DNA from: a virus
Length of the DNA stretch: 64,000 bases
Direction: 5' to 3' (one strand)
IMG/VR virus record: IMGVR_UViG_3300046168_000050
Of this stretch, positions 18,429 to 28,388 are shown piece by piece (position 1 is the stretch's first letter; each line of letters starts with the position of its first letter). The notes beneath the pieces are model-generated. The model made no database searches, was not told the origin of the DNA, and was given only the letters and a program-made list of their open reading frames with translations. The position numbers were made by a program, and so were the translations under genes.

Positions 18429-20437
18429 TAGTTAAGAGCATTCGTTGATACGGCTTTAGATGTTGATGCATCAGCATCATATACTAAAAGGTCGTTTCTG
18501 GTTGGAGTAATAGCACTTTGATTTGCAGGAACGGCTGCTAGTTTTACATACTCAAATCCTCCGATAATAGCTTGAGGATTAAAATAATTTACTGTTACTG
18601 TACCTAATACTGAATCAAACGACCCAATGTTATCGACAATAACTTCTGTACCAGATGCTTGTACAATTTCTAAATTATTGGTAGATAATTTGTTGCGAAT
18701 AATACAAGTTTTATTATTGTATATAAAAGCGCTACTTGTAATAATATATTCATCGTCATCCTTAGTGGCAATAGAAACTGGAAATTTCATTGTCTGTGAT
18801 GTTGATATAGAAGCACTTAGGAGCTCTGATCTTACAGTATTAAAATTAGAAGAAGTAGCATATTCATTATTAATAAGAAATGTAGTGGCCTTATCATATT
18901 GGCCAGAAGTTACTAATTTTACTATATAATTTAATGTATTAGAATCATTAGAAATTCTGTTTGTTGTTATATTATTAATAACAGCTATAAGATTAGGAGA
19001 AGAAGGAATAAACCTTTGCTGCATTCGAACGTTAGCTCTACTTGATAGCACCGCTGTACTAACATCGTCTACTAATGTTAATAGGTTAGATCTTCTAAAT
19101 GATTGCCCAAATCCTCCTACCGTATCAGCAAAATAAGCGGCAATTGTAGAAGTAACATTAGAAGTTATAGAATTTAAAGTTTGTTCTGTAAGAGATGAGT
19201 TAAACTGGAAAAATGTATCAAGTTCAATAAATGTAGTGACAGGATCAGCAAACCTAATATTAAACCCTGCGATCGCAAGTTGTTCTGCTAATGTTTCAAT
19301 ACTTATTTTAGTGTTAGCTTTTGTAGAAGCATCAACATCATCTTCAAATAGTATAGAGGTAAACACTGCACCGAATTCAGGCTCAATAGCATCTTGGCCA
19401 CCAAACGTGGTAATATCTTTAATAAGTGTAGAATATTGTTTTAAAATTAACGAAGTATAATCAGATGCGGTAACCATTCTATTCTGGGTCGCATACTGAA
19501 AAGGCGCATTTTTTTTAATAGAAGAAATACTTTCTTTTGCGTCACCACCAGTTGAAGCTGTAAAGGTCGTGGTATTTAAAGTGGTGGTAATACCTCCAGC
19601 CGTAAGCTGAGACACGGGTGAAAACGTTGCCGCACCATTTGCTATTTTTCCATTTGTTGACACATACTGAATTTCAATTCTATTACCAGCCACTGGCGCA
19701 ATACCAAATGTTTCTCCATCACCAAAAGAAAGCTCAAAGTTTCCATTAGGGGATTCTCTAAGAATGTAAATAGTAGTTCTAGCTGATATCGTTCTAGTAT
19801 TAATAATATTTGTATATGTAGAAAAATCATTACCAGTGGTATCGGTATATACTTTTACGATAGCAGTATCAGCATCTAAATTAGCATCTGGAATAACGTA
19901 AACAGGATTATCAATTACTTCACCTACAAGGAAAGTTTTAGTTTTTATATCACCCTCATATATTGTAATTTGGTTGGACCCTGATGAAGTTTTAAACTCA
20001 TAAAATCCAGTACCATCATCTTCAGCTTCTATTGTTTCAATAGTTGAAAATGTATAGGTTACATTATCAACTTCGCTTGTAAACTTGGTATATGCCGGTA
20101 AATTAATCTTTTTGCTTCTTGTCGTTTCAGTATTTGTAAAATAGATTCTTATTTTAGCTTGAGAAGATGTCTTAGTATCCGGAACATAACCAATACCTTC
20201 TGATAAAGACACGGCAGAGCTTCTAAGTTGTGCAGTACTTAAGTAAGATTCATTTAATGCAAAGTTAGCAATAAGTCCATTAATATGTGTATTATACGCT
20301 AACACGTCAAGAATATTAGATAGCGCAGCACCTTCAAAATTATAGTCACTGAATTCATCTTGATTCGCAAGATAAGATTTTAAATTATTTTTAATATTAT
20401 TAAAATCTAATGCTGTTGATTTAATAGTTGTTGCCAT
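18428..20437 (-). CDS. gp6: Baseplate wedge subunit gp6
   Basis: LDF.NIK.NLK.YL....F.DYNFEG..L..LDVLAYNTH, FGDG..G..P, ES..SIK.NAP..Y..QNRMVT..DY. Confidence 0.95.
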   Translation of the reverse strand: MATTIKSTALDFNNIKNNLKSYLANQDEFSDYNFEGAALSNILDVLAYNTHINGLIANFALNESYLSTAQLRSSAVSLSEGIGYVPDTKTSSQAKIRIYFTNTETTRSKKINLPAYTKFTSEVDNVTYTFSTIETIEAEDDGTGFYEFKTSSGSNQITIYEGDIKTKTFLVGEVIDNPVYVIPDANLDADTAIVKVYTDTTGNDFSTYTNIINTRTISARTTIYILRESPNGNFELSFGDGETFGIAPVAGNRIEIQYVSTNGKIANGAATFSPVSQLTAGGITTTLNTTTFTASTGGDAKESISSIKKNAPFQYATQNRMVTASDYTSLILKQYSTLIKDITTFGGQDAIEPEFGAVFTSILFEDDVDASTKANTKISIETLAEQLAIAGFNIRFADPVTTFIELDTFFQFNSSLTEQTLNSITSNVTSTIAAYFADTVGGFGQSFRRSNLLTLVDDVSTAVLSSRANVRMQQRFIPSSPNLIAVINNITTNRISNDSNTLNYIVKLVTSGQYDKATTFLINNEYATSSNFNTVRSELLSASISTSQTMKFPVSIATKDDDEYIITSSAFIYNNKTCIIRNKLSTNNLEIVQASGTEVIVDNIGSFDSVLGTVTVNYFNPQAIIGGFEYVKLAAVPANQSAITPTRNDLLVYDADASTSKAVSTNALN

Positions 20438-20878
20438 TTATCTTAACCTTGAAAGTGTTGTAGATAGAGTAACTTGCTCTCTTGAATTTACTACTTGGAA
20501 TACTATAGTAGTACTAACGCTATTTCGATCTGAATTAGATACAACTTTAATATCTAATATCAAAGCTCTAGGTTCATATGCTTCTATAGCTTCTTTTATT
20601 GTTCTTTTTATTGCTGATGTTGTTGTACCATCTGCCATTTCAAATAACATAGCCGAAACATTACCGCCAAAATATGGCTGAAATGGTTTTTCATAGTGAT
20701 TAGTTAAAACAATATTCTTTACTGATTGTTTCACCGCTGCCGCATCAATCTTTTTATATATCTCACCATTAGGTTTTGCGGTAAAGGAAATATCAATATC
20801 AGAAAACTTCTTTGATCTAGATACAATAATACTTGCATCTAGATTTCTGTCTTCAACTGATAAAACTCTATTAGTCAT
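20438..20878 (-). CDS. gp25: Baseplate wedge subunit gp25
   Basis: AVKQSVKNIVLTNHYEKPFQPYFG...I..YEPR; adjacent to gp6. Confidence 0.93.
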   Translation of the reverse strand: MTNRVLSVEDRNLDASIIVSRSKKFSDIDISFTAKPNGEIYKKIDAAAVKQSVKNIVLTNHYEKPFQPYFGGNVSAMLFEMADGTTTSAIKRTIKEAIEAYEPRALILDIKVVSNSDRNSVSTTIVFQVVNSREQVTLSTTLSRLR

Positions 20879-20896
20879 TTTAGCCCGTTTTTTCTT

Positions 20897-20904
20897 TATT
20901 TATA
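20897..20904 (-). promoter_or_regulatory. T4-type late promoter TATAAATA
   Basis: Exact match upstream of gp25. Confidence 0.8.
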
Positions 20905-20907
20905 CGT

Positions 20908-23418
20908 CTAAGGGGCGGCATTTGCTCGAACATAATTAAACCAATAACCATCTTGCTGACGAATACTTCCAACCTCACGCCCCGCAAAATGGGTGTTATC
21001 GTAACTCCATACTCTTCTAGCACCAATATCAACGTGTAGAATGGTATTACCGAATCCAAAGCCTTTAAATCCTGCTTTAGTTGCAGCTGCTACTAGCTTA
21101 TCTTTTTGTGCATTACTCATTCCTGTAATACTAATATCTAATGCCTTTCCGAACCAGTGCTGATTATATCCATTATCTACTTTGGCAACTTTTCTTGAGG
21201 TGTTAGCTTTAGGCAACGCATCATTGATAATAAGCTTGCCACCATAATATTGCTGCATAAGTGTGTATTGATTGGCAAGTAGTGCTGCCATATTATCTAC
21301 CGCACCCGGCGATATACTTGGATGGGTTTTATCGCCTTGCCTAGTTATATAAGGATTATTAGCCGGACTTAAATTAATACCATAATCGCCACCTTTCGAA
21401 AGAACTCCATCAAATTCTGATTTAAATCTGCTCTGAGATAAAACTTCTACCAGGTCTCCGGATGTAAGATCGTTATTATTAAATTCTGTTTTAACTTTGC
21501 GATTAAATGTGCCGATCCAGTTCTTATCAATTTCAGGGAGAGTTATAATAATTCTGCTAGACAATAACTCTTTACCTGAATCTGGATTAATATCAATGGT
21601 ATCATATGACAATATAAGTTCATCATAAACCGCATTGTCTTTTAAGAATACAGCAATATCAAACGTTCTTTGTATGCTTGATTTGCCACTATTATCGACC
21701 ACATTATATACAACTGTACGGCCTTTGAGCTTAAGATCATTTAAAGAATCTGGAGTGATTGTTTCAGAAGGACCTGGCTTGTATATACTTTCTGCAACTT
21801 CTAAAGTTACATCTTTAAATTCACTATCATTATCCCGTACTAATTTTATGATCCGCGCATGAATGTACAAATACTTTGCTATTTCTACTCTTACGGCTTG
21901 ATCTCTAATAAAGTCAATGTTAGTAGGATCATCTGTACCTAAAAATTTAGAAAGAGTAATACCTTCTGCTAATTTAGTAGAGGCACTAATAGATTTTTGT
22001 CTATAAGGATTATAAACTTCTTCAGGTAATACATGAGGATTAGCTCTCTTCGGAAGAAACGCTGACAATTTATTATTTGTCTGAGAACCAATTCTATCTA
22101 ATTCAGAGTGAGATGAAACAGGGGTAGCATCGCTTGAAAGAATTCTTCCTGTACCCTTTGGAATAGGTGAGTTCCACTCACCGCATATTATTCCTTCTGC
22201 CAAAAGATATGATACAAATGAGCTATTAGACCTGTTGGCCGGATCTCTTAATCGCGATCTAGCCTTGTCAGCATTGATATTAGAATTAGATATGCCTCCA
22301 GTATCAACACTTCTATCTAGATAATTTTTAATAAAGTCTCCTACATCAATCTTTACTCTGTTTATACCGCCCGCTGACTTAGTGAGATAATCGTCAATGA
22401 TAGAGTCGCTAGGTTTAGTAATGGCAGGGGTTGCTGTATTCGTAATAGTTCCTGCTGACCCAACACCTCCTCCAGTACTTGGATCCGCATAGTTCTGAGA
22501 CTGTGCTACTGTAGCTGTAGTAGCGGTGCCATCTAAGTCTCCATGAAATGTTGGTGCTGTTACTCCTGCTTCAAACACAGCTCCTTTACCTGAGAATACC
22601 ATGTTAGGATTACCAATAGTACCTGACTTAGCAGTAACTGCCATAGAGTTAGCAAACTGGTTCATATTGTTAGAAGATACAGTAAGCTTATCTTCTGCAG
22701 TAATTTTGGTATCATCGCTTGTAGAATATCTTGCAGAGCCTTCTACTCTGTTGATATATTCGCCTTTAATACTTTGCTTCTTACCAGCAAGAAAAGTATT
22801 AGTGACAGCTTGAGTAACTGCTTTTACATAAGAACCGCCAACAAGCTTTTCAATATTGCCTGCAATAGATTCTTTTATATGACCTAGAATCTTTTCTGTT
22901 TTATTACCTCTTACAGTAACATTATAGTTTAAACAGTCAATATTATAGTCACCCGTAACTTTAAGATTAAGATTGCCCTTGTATATAATTTGTCCTTCAC
23001 CTTCTACAATAGTAACTTGATCTCCGCCTGTTACATTAATTTGGTTATCTAATGCCGATATCTTAATGCTACCATCTTTGGTGAGCTCTATACCTGCTCC
23101 AGTGTTATGTTTTATTAGCACCCGCTCAGCACCTGGTGTATCATCAGTTTCAATGATATGCCCTGAAATAGTTTCTTGAATTTGGCATAAAGGATATTCG
23201 GAGGCAATTATTTCATCTGACTCGGATTCTAATACAGCAGCAGCGGCTTTGCCTTTAAAAAACAATTCGTGTTTTCTAGAACCAGTCGCCCCATAGTTAA
23301 CACTAGAGGAATTAAAATATTCGGCTTTAGGATATTCACCACGAGGATCCTCATGCTGAACTTGAGAACGATCTTCTATTTCTTTTTCAATATCGCTTTC
23401 CGTATAAATCTCAGGCAT
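20908..23418 (-). CDS. gp5: gp5 C-terminal part (hub spike beta-helix) fused to a C-terminal M15-type Zn peptidase
   Basis: YP...I.ET.SGHIIE.DDTPG.ER....H.TG..IE...DG and VxG repeats of the gp5 spike. C-terminal R...NQHWFGKALDI...GF.GFG....LHVD is an M15 motif. Confidence 0.85.
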   Translation of the reverse strand: MPEIYTESDIEKEIEDRSQVQHEDPRGEYPKAEYFNSSSVNYGATGSRKHELFFKGKAAAAVLESESDEIIASEYPLCQIQETISGHIIETDDTPGAERVLIKHNTGAGIELTKDGSIKISALDNQINVTGGDQVTIVEGEGQIIYKGNLNLKVTGDYNIDCLNYNVTVRGNKTEKILGHIKESIAGNIEKLVGGSYVKAVTQAVTNTFLAGKKQSIKGEYINRVEGSARYSTSDDTKITAEDKLTVSSNNMNQFANSMAVTAKSGTIGNPNMVFSGKGAVFEAGVTAPTFHGDLDGTATTATVAQSQNYADPSTGGGVGSAGTITNTATPAITKPSDSIIDDYLTKSAGGINRVKIDVGDFIKNYLDRSVDTGGISNSNINADKARSRLRDPANRSNSSFVSYLLAEGIICGEWNSPIPKGTGRILSSDATPVSSHSELDRIGSQTNNKLSAFLPKRANPHVLPEEVYNPYRQKSISASTKLAEGITLSKFLGTDDPTNIDFIRDQAVRVEIAKYLYIHARIIKLVRDNDSEFKDVTLEVAESIYKPGPSETITPDSLNDLKLKGRTVVYNVVDNSGKSSIQRTFDIAVFLKDNAVYDELILSYDTIDINPDSGKELLSSRIIITLPEIDKNWIGTFNRKVKTEFNNNDLTSGDLVEVLSQSRFKSEFDGVLSKGGDYGINLSPANNPYITRQGDKTHPSISPGAVDNMAALLANQYTLMQQYYGGKLIINDALPKANTSRKVAKVDNGYNQHWFGKALDISITGMSNAQKDKLVAAATKAGFKGFGFGNTILHVDIGARRVWSYDNTHFAGREVGSIRQQDGYWFNYVRANAAP

Positions 23419-24980
23419 TATATTATATCTTTTCTTTCTAGGGGAGGATTAACACTAGGATCATAGTCTAGATTATTTTGTCTTTTAAACGAATTTTTAA
23501 TAAAAGAATCTACATCAAAATGTGGACCAGGCTGATTAACGTTTATTTGACTTATACCAAATACTTGCACTCCAGGCTTTACGAGATATAAGCTTTTTAA
23601 GAATTTTTTAAGAGTTTTCATTTGTTGATCGGTGTAAGAATTTGAGCTATAATAATCTCTATAGTTTATTCCTCTACCAGCTTCTCTATCTATACCTCCG
23701 ACTAAACCAATAACAATAGATCTCTTATGGTGATCGTTGACTAGTAGCCTATTAGGTGGAGTTTCATTATCAGCAGGAAGACCTCTCTGTAAATCACCGG
23801 ATCTTGTAAATACATAATGATATCCTATACCATTTCTACCAGCATCGATTGCTTTTTGGTGTAAGCTATACGCATTTGCTAATACGTCGGTCGTAGTATT
23901 GGTGCTAATAATGATTACTTCAGTAATATCTCTATCAATATTACTTACTTCATTAAGTATCTCTCTTTCACTGAACATATTATTTTTAAAATAAGAATTC
24001 GGAGTATCTCTTCCTTTCCACTCATTTTTAAGTTTAGACAAGTCAATGCCAGGAACTGAACTAACAGGAATATTTTCTACTAGATTTTTACTTGCAGAAA
24101 CGTCTATGATAATTAAAGCTTTATATATTTCATCCGCGGTTTTATTACTCATCGATGATATTAGATCAACAGCTTTAATATAATTTTTATTGGCTATTAG
24201 GGATATAATTTTTACTTTGTTATTTTCGAAAGATCTACTAAATTCCGGAGAGGTGAGCTGTAAAACAGCATTTTCAGTTATCTTAAGATTATCCTCTACT
24301 ATGTTATCCATAATAGAATTATAGCCGGCAGTATTCTTTGCAATAACTTTTCCTGCGGACGATAAAAACTCGGAAACTGCATTAGATTTTAATGCACTTA
24401 AAGAATTAGTAACAGAAAAAATATTATTAAAAGAAGAAGTAAGAAAGTTCTGTGCATAAATCTCATAATCATCCATAGGATTAAGAGATCCTGTAGAGCT
24501 AAGGGGGCTTGAGAGATCTATATTTCTTCCTACTATTGCCTTTATTTGATCGCTAGTTGCTCCTACAGCAGTAGTAAGTGCCTGAGCCATCGCTTCAGGG
24601 GATCCTGATGAAACAACGTCATCTAATAGACTACCTGTTGTTAAATCATTGCTTCCTGTTATTGTAGTAAGATCACTTTGGCTTCCTACTTCTTTGACTA
24701 AAGTCGAAGACAATTCAGAATTGTTAACCGAAGTAAGCTCTGTTAAAACTAGATTAGTAGTAACCTGAGTAGGAGTAGAGCCGGCAACATTACTAACAAC
24801 ATCATTAATACCAGTAAGAGAAGAGAATCCATTAAAATTATCTCCAGGATTAACACCAGCCTTTGAGACTTTACTAATGGCTGCCTGTGTTTGTAGCTGA
24901 TTAAGAATTGTGTTAGTATTCTCAATATTTTGAGCTCTTCTAAGATTTGAAAATATGCTATGAATAAATTCAGATGACAT
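23418..24980 (-). CDS. Baseplate-associated protein with C-terminal T7-lysozyme/PGRP-like amidase_2 fold (probably non-catalytic)
   Basis: GIGYHYVF.RSG.LQRG.P, SI.IGLVGG, YT.QQ..TL..F, VFG, PHFDV. The expected Zn ligands appear substituted. Confidence 0.75.
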   Translation of the reverse strand: MSSEFIHSIFSNLRRAQNIENTNTILNQLQTQAAISKVSKAGVNPGDNFNGFSSLTGINDVVSNVAGSTPTQVTTNLVLTELTSVNNSELSSTLVKEVGSQSDLTTITGSNDLTTGSLLDDVVSSGSPEAMAQALTTAVGATSDQIKAIVGRNIDLSSPLSSTGSLNPMDDYEIYAQNFLTSSFNNIFSVTNSLSALKSNAVSEFLSSAGKVIAKNTAGYNSIMDNIVEDNLKITENAVLQLTSPEFSRSFENNKVKIISLIANKNYIKAVDLISSMSNKTADEIYKALIIIDVSASKNLVENIPVSSVPGIDLSKLKNEWKGRDTPNSYFKNNMFSEREILNEVSNIDRDITEVIIISTNTTTDVLANAYSLHQKAIDAGRNGIGYHYVFTRSGDLQRGLPADNETPPNRLLVNDHHKRSIVIGLVGGIDREAGRGINYRDYYSSNSYTDQQMKTLKKFLKSLYLVKPGVQVFGISQINVNQPGPHFDVDSFIKNSFKRQNNLDYDPSVNPPLERKDII

Positions 24981-24982
24981 TA

Positions 24983-25915
24983 TTATAATCCACTAATTGA
25001 ATTGTTGAGCGCGTTATTATAGTCTTCATACGCAAGCCTGGCGAGCTCTTCTCGTTTTTTTAACTTCTTAGTTTTTTGTGCTGGATTCTCATACTTATCT
25101 AAAAACACCCACGTAGAATTTCTATTGCTAATACCGCCTTCAAAAGTAGTTGTATTAATAAGTTTTGAATAAGTACTAGCAAATGCTGCACCATTAGTTG
25201 CTGTGTCTTTTTGGCCTCTAAGCTCGTGTAAAATAAACTCTAGTTGTAGAAAGAAGTCATCTGGCTGCTTGTGGCTTAACTCTGCAAAGGCTCTTAATTT
25301 ATCCTGACGATAGCCTGCATTTGCTGAATTATTCCATTGTGCAAGTCCCCATGAATTTTCACCTACTACGTCAGTAGGCCTTGAAGGATCAAGCGCGCTT
25401 TCAGCCTGCAGATTACCAACGATACCAGCTGCAGCTATAGGTGATAGCCGATTAGCCACAAAAAACTGAGTAATAATAACTCTTTTTTGTGCTATACTAG
25501 TATCGTCTCTATAGCTTTGTTTTAATTCAATAGGAATAAATACGCCATCTCTACCGACATTATTGTCAGCAAGACTCGCAGCATTACCTGATAGTCCTGC
25601 AAGCTTTTGTTGTATCTTTGATGGTCTTTCAAATTTATTTAATGATCCGAGTATAATAGGTGACTGTGATAAAGCACCGTCAGCAAATATCCCAAAAACT
25701 GTACTTGATGGAAGTATCTGAGGTATTTTACCCATACCTGATATTGCGGCTTCAGTAGTAGGTAGCATGCAATCAGCCCATGGAAGATCTTCAAAAGCAA
25801 CATTAGGACCATGGATACCATGTATTCTAATTTTAGCTTTGCCTACAGCGGCACGTTGAGAACTAACGCCAACGACTGTTCCTAGAAACCATCTTATATT
25901 ATCGCCGTAATACAT
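24983..25915 (-). CDS. gp5 N-terminal OB-fold fused to a phage tail lysozyme (Phage_lysozyme2-like)
   Basis: WFLGTV...G.AKIRIHGIH.....DLPWA....P.T...VFG.F.DG...Q.PIILGS (gp5 OB), then AAAGIVGNLQAES...GLAQW...QL.FI.HEL...YENP. Confidence 0.85.
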   Translation of the reverse strand: MYYGDNIRWFLGTVVGVSSQRAAVGKAKIRIHGIHGPNVAFEDLPWADCMLPTTEAAISGMGKIPQILPSSTVFGIFADGALSQSPIILGSLNKFERPSKIQQKLAGLSGNAASLADNNVGRDGVFIPIELKQSYRDDTSIAQKRVIITQFFVANRLSPIAAAGIVGNLQAESALDPSRPTDVVGENSWGLAQWNNSANAGYRQDKLRAFAELSHKQPDDFFLQLEFILHELRGQKDTATNGAAFASTYSKLINTTTFEGGISNRNSTWVFLDKYENPAQKTKKLKKREELARLAYEDYNNALNNSISGL

Positions 25916-25917
25916 TT

Positions 25918-27327
25918 TTATCCTTTAATAAAATTCGGTCTAGATATTCTGGCGCATTGAATAGAAATATTATGCGTCCTTTCTGGAATATCAAGAATAT
26001 GTCTTTTTGCAAGCATTACGTGCCTACCCGAATTAGTGGTGCTTTTCTTTACTATTGTATTTAGTGAAGATGGAGATTCGCCTAAAATAGTAACAGAAAG
26101 TTGATTACCTACACTTAGCAATACATTCTCAGATGAATTAGTTTTAGGTAAAAACAAAAACCCTGGCATTTCTAGGTTATAGATATTTTTAGTAAGATAT
26201 AATAAAAGCGCATTTCTAAATTCTGGTAGGACTGCTTCAAAATAAGTTGACTCTTGGTTAAAGCTATTTACCGGAGTTAAAGGGTAGTTAGATGTAGAAA
26301 TGGTTGAAATTATTTTTGAATTCATTTCTCCCAATGTTTTTTCTGTTGCCCCACTAGGATCTACAATAAAGTTTTCATCGATAAGTTTAGTAAATTCTTT
26401 TTCGTCAATAATATTATTATTCTCAAGCATAGTTATAACAGAGTTAACTATAGAATAATGTCTTGTGTCATCTTTTGATTCATCACCTAAAACTACATAG
26501 TTATGTAATATACCACCTGCTCCCTGTTCTACGAGGCTAAGTGTATCTTCTAATGCAGATCCAGAATAGCTTTTTAGTGCAGAAGATATTGCCGCAAAGT
26601 TATTTAAAGGAGCATTCGTCTGCCCTTGAGAATATACGAATGGCAAGCTTTCGTTAAACGACTGCCTTGTTAATATGGACTCAAGGTCTGCCAATATAAG
26701 TTTATCTGAATATAAAGAAGAATAAAGAAAATATGGACAACCAGTAGTAGTAGTCATTTTACTTAAAACTGTCAAACATGCCTGCATAGGAGAAAGGTAT
26801 GGCACTACGTATTTAAAAGCAGATTGATGTGAAGGTTTACTAAAGTTAGTATCCAATTCTATTCCAAGATTATCTTGTAGAATAGACTGGATTATTTGCT
26901 CACCTGTACCGGTATATCCTTTGCTTATCTTTTGAACTTTATCATAATAACCTATGTCTTCAATTAAATCGAACACGAAAACGTTAGTAAAGTCGTTATA
27001 AGTTTCAGCAGAAGCAATAGATCTAATAATAAATGTCTTTGTTATATTTTTAATATACGATGCTGGATATCCAAATTCAATAACTATTTTTTCTGAGCCT
27101 TTAATGCCAGGAAAATCAAGCAAGCCGAAGTCATCAACAAGTACTAATTTACCTGTGAGGTACGGCATTGAGATGTGCTCAAACATACTAAGTTCGACTG
27201 ACGTTTGAATAATATCAATCTCATCAGTAACAGTGCCTGAATTTATTTTAAAATTATAGCCAGGTATTTTTAACGAGAGCTTTGTTAAATCAAAGGTTTC
27301 TGGCGTAAAGTTGGTGTTTGGATTCAT
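25918..27327 (-). CDS. Baseplate hub protein (gp27-like)
   Basis: MFE.I..PYLTG.L...D, I.G.E.I.I, IS..Y.G....I...I, P.L.P..A; located between gp5 and gp53. Confidence 0.65.
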   Translation of the reverse strand: MNPNTNFTPETFDLTKLSLKIPGYNFKINSGTVTDEIDIIQTSVELSMFEHISMPYLTGKLVLVDDFGLLDFPGIKGSEKIVIEFGYPASYIKNITKTFIIRSIASAETYNDFTNVFVFDLIEDIGYYDKVQKISKGYTGTGEQIIQSILQDNLGIELDTNFSKPSHQSAFKYVVPYLSPMQACLTVLSKMTTTTGCPYFLYSSLYSDKLILADLESILTRQSFNESLPFVYSQGQTNAPLNNFAAISSALKSYSGSALEDTLSLVEQGAGGILHNYVVLGDESKDDTRHYSIVNSVITMLENNNIIDEKEFTKLIDENFIVDPSGATEKTLGEMNSKIISTISTSNYPLTPVNSFNQESTYFEAVLPEFRNALLLYLTKNIYNLEMPGFLFLPKTNSSENVLLSVGNQLSVTILGESPSSLNTIVKKSTTNSGRHVMLAKRHILDIPERTHNISIQCARISRPNFIKG

Positions 27328-28388
27328 TGAACAAGAAGCCTCTGGTATTCGTCTTGAATTCGCCTTGCAACCTCTGGCGTAAATATTTTAATTTGTGACA
27401 GATTATCATTGTTTTCTATAAAGAGTTGTTGTATAGTTTTACCAGTATATCCAAGATTATTTAAAGTAAAGGGAAGATTATCTACGCCTCCATCAATTTG
27501 CCTTGGAAGATCTACTATATTACCATTAGCGTCTTCATAATGATGCACGCTTTCATACTGCGCAAATGATTGTTGAGCCACAATCCCAAAACTATCCGGA
27601 TCTGCAGCGGGAGAACCTGTCCAAAGTCCTATGTCTTTTTCGCCCTTTTGAGACCAAAGTTCTTGAGAGCCTCCTGGCAATCCGTAGCTAGATAGAGTGA
27701 CAATACCAGTGGCTCTAACTCCTCGTGCTAATTCAGGAGCAGAGAAAGTTATAGTAGGAGCAGATTTATAATCATCTCCGCCATCAATAACTGCTACGCC
27801 TGACACTTCTCCATCTTCATTTAACTCTGGCACCGCTACAGCTCCACCGCCGCCTCCACCCGAAAATGAAATAGTAGGAATATCTGTATAACCAGATCCT
27901 CCATTAGTAATAGCTATAGAAGCAACTTCAACAATAGGCTTAACAATAAGATGCCCAAGGTCTAAGTCCTTTTTAATAATTTTACCCTTGAAAGGTGGAT
28001 TATCAAATGTCCCATCAATATCTTTTTTTGCAATAAGATCATTAACAAAAAACTCTGACTGAAGATTCGAATTTGTTTTAATTGTAGTATTAGGATAATA
28101 TAACTTAAGATAATCATATACTTCAGATGGAGTAAACGGCCAACCTTGCGTTCTTAATTTTTCATTTAATAAATAGAACTGCCAATAATAATCGGTAGTT
28201 CCATATAAGTTTTGAGATAATACATCGGGTCTCTCGCCGTTCGGAATAACTATTTCGGTATATACCCCTATTTGATCAGACAGTTGATCTATAATATCAA
28301 TATAAGTCGTTAAATTTTGAAACGCTGCTTGCGAATTCTCGTTACCGAAATTATAAGCAACAAGTGGAAAGTTCGTAAAAAAAGTCAT
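27324..28388 (-). CDS. gp53: Baseplate wedge subunit gp53
   Basis: FF.NFP...Y.F, I.NGERPD.LS..LYG...YYW...L.N......WP, HHYED; carries inserted GGSGY repeats. Confidence 0.88.
   Translation of the reverse strand: MTFFTNFPLVAYNFGNENSQAAFQNLTTYIDIIDQLSDQIGVYTEIVIPNGERPDVLSQNLYGTTDYYWQFYLLNEKLRTQGWPFTPSEVYDYLKLYYPNTTIKTNSNLQSEFFVNDLIAKKDIDGTFDNPPFKGKIIKKDLDLGHLIVKPIVEVASIAITNGGSGYTDIPTISFSGGGGGGAVAVPELNEDGEVSGVAVIDGGDDYKSAPTITFSAPELARGVRATGIVTLSSYGLPGGSQELWSQKGEKDIGLWTGSPAADPDSFGIVAQQSFAQYESVHHYEDANGNIVDLPRQIDGGVDNLPFTLNNLGYTGKTIQQLFIENNDNLSQIKIFTPEVARRIQDEYQRLLVQ

Noticed and set aside
241-23466. Plus-strand ORFs (241..714, 7199..7549, 8039..8539, 17077..17343, 18627..18929 and others)
   Set aside because: They are antisense shadows of Thr/Asn/Gly-rich structural genes, with no RBS, promoter or motif.
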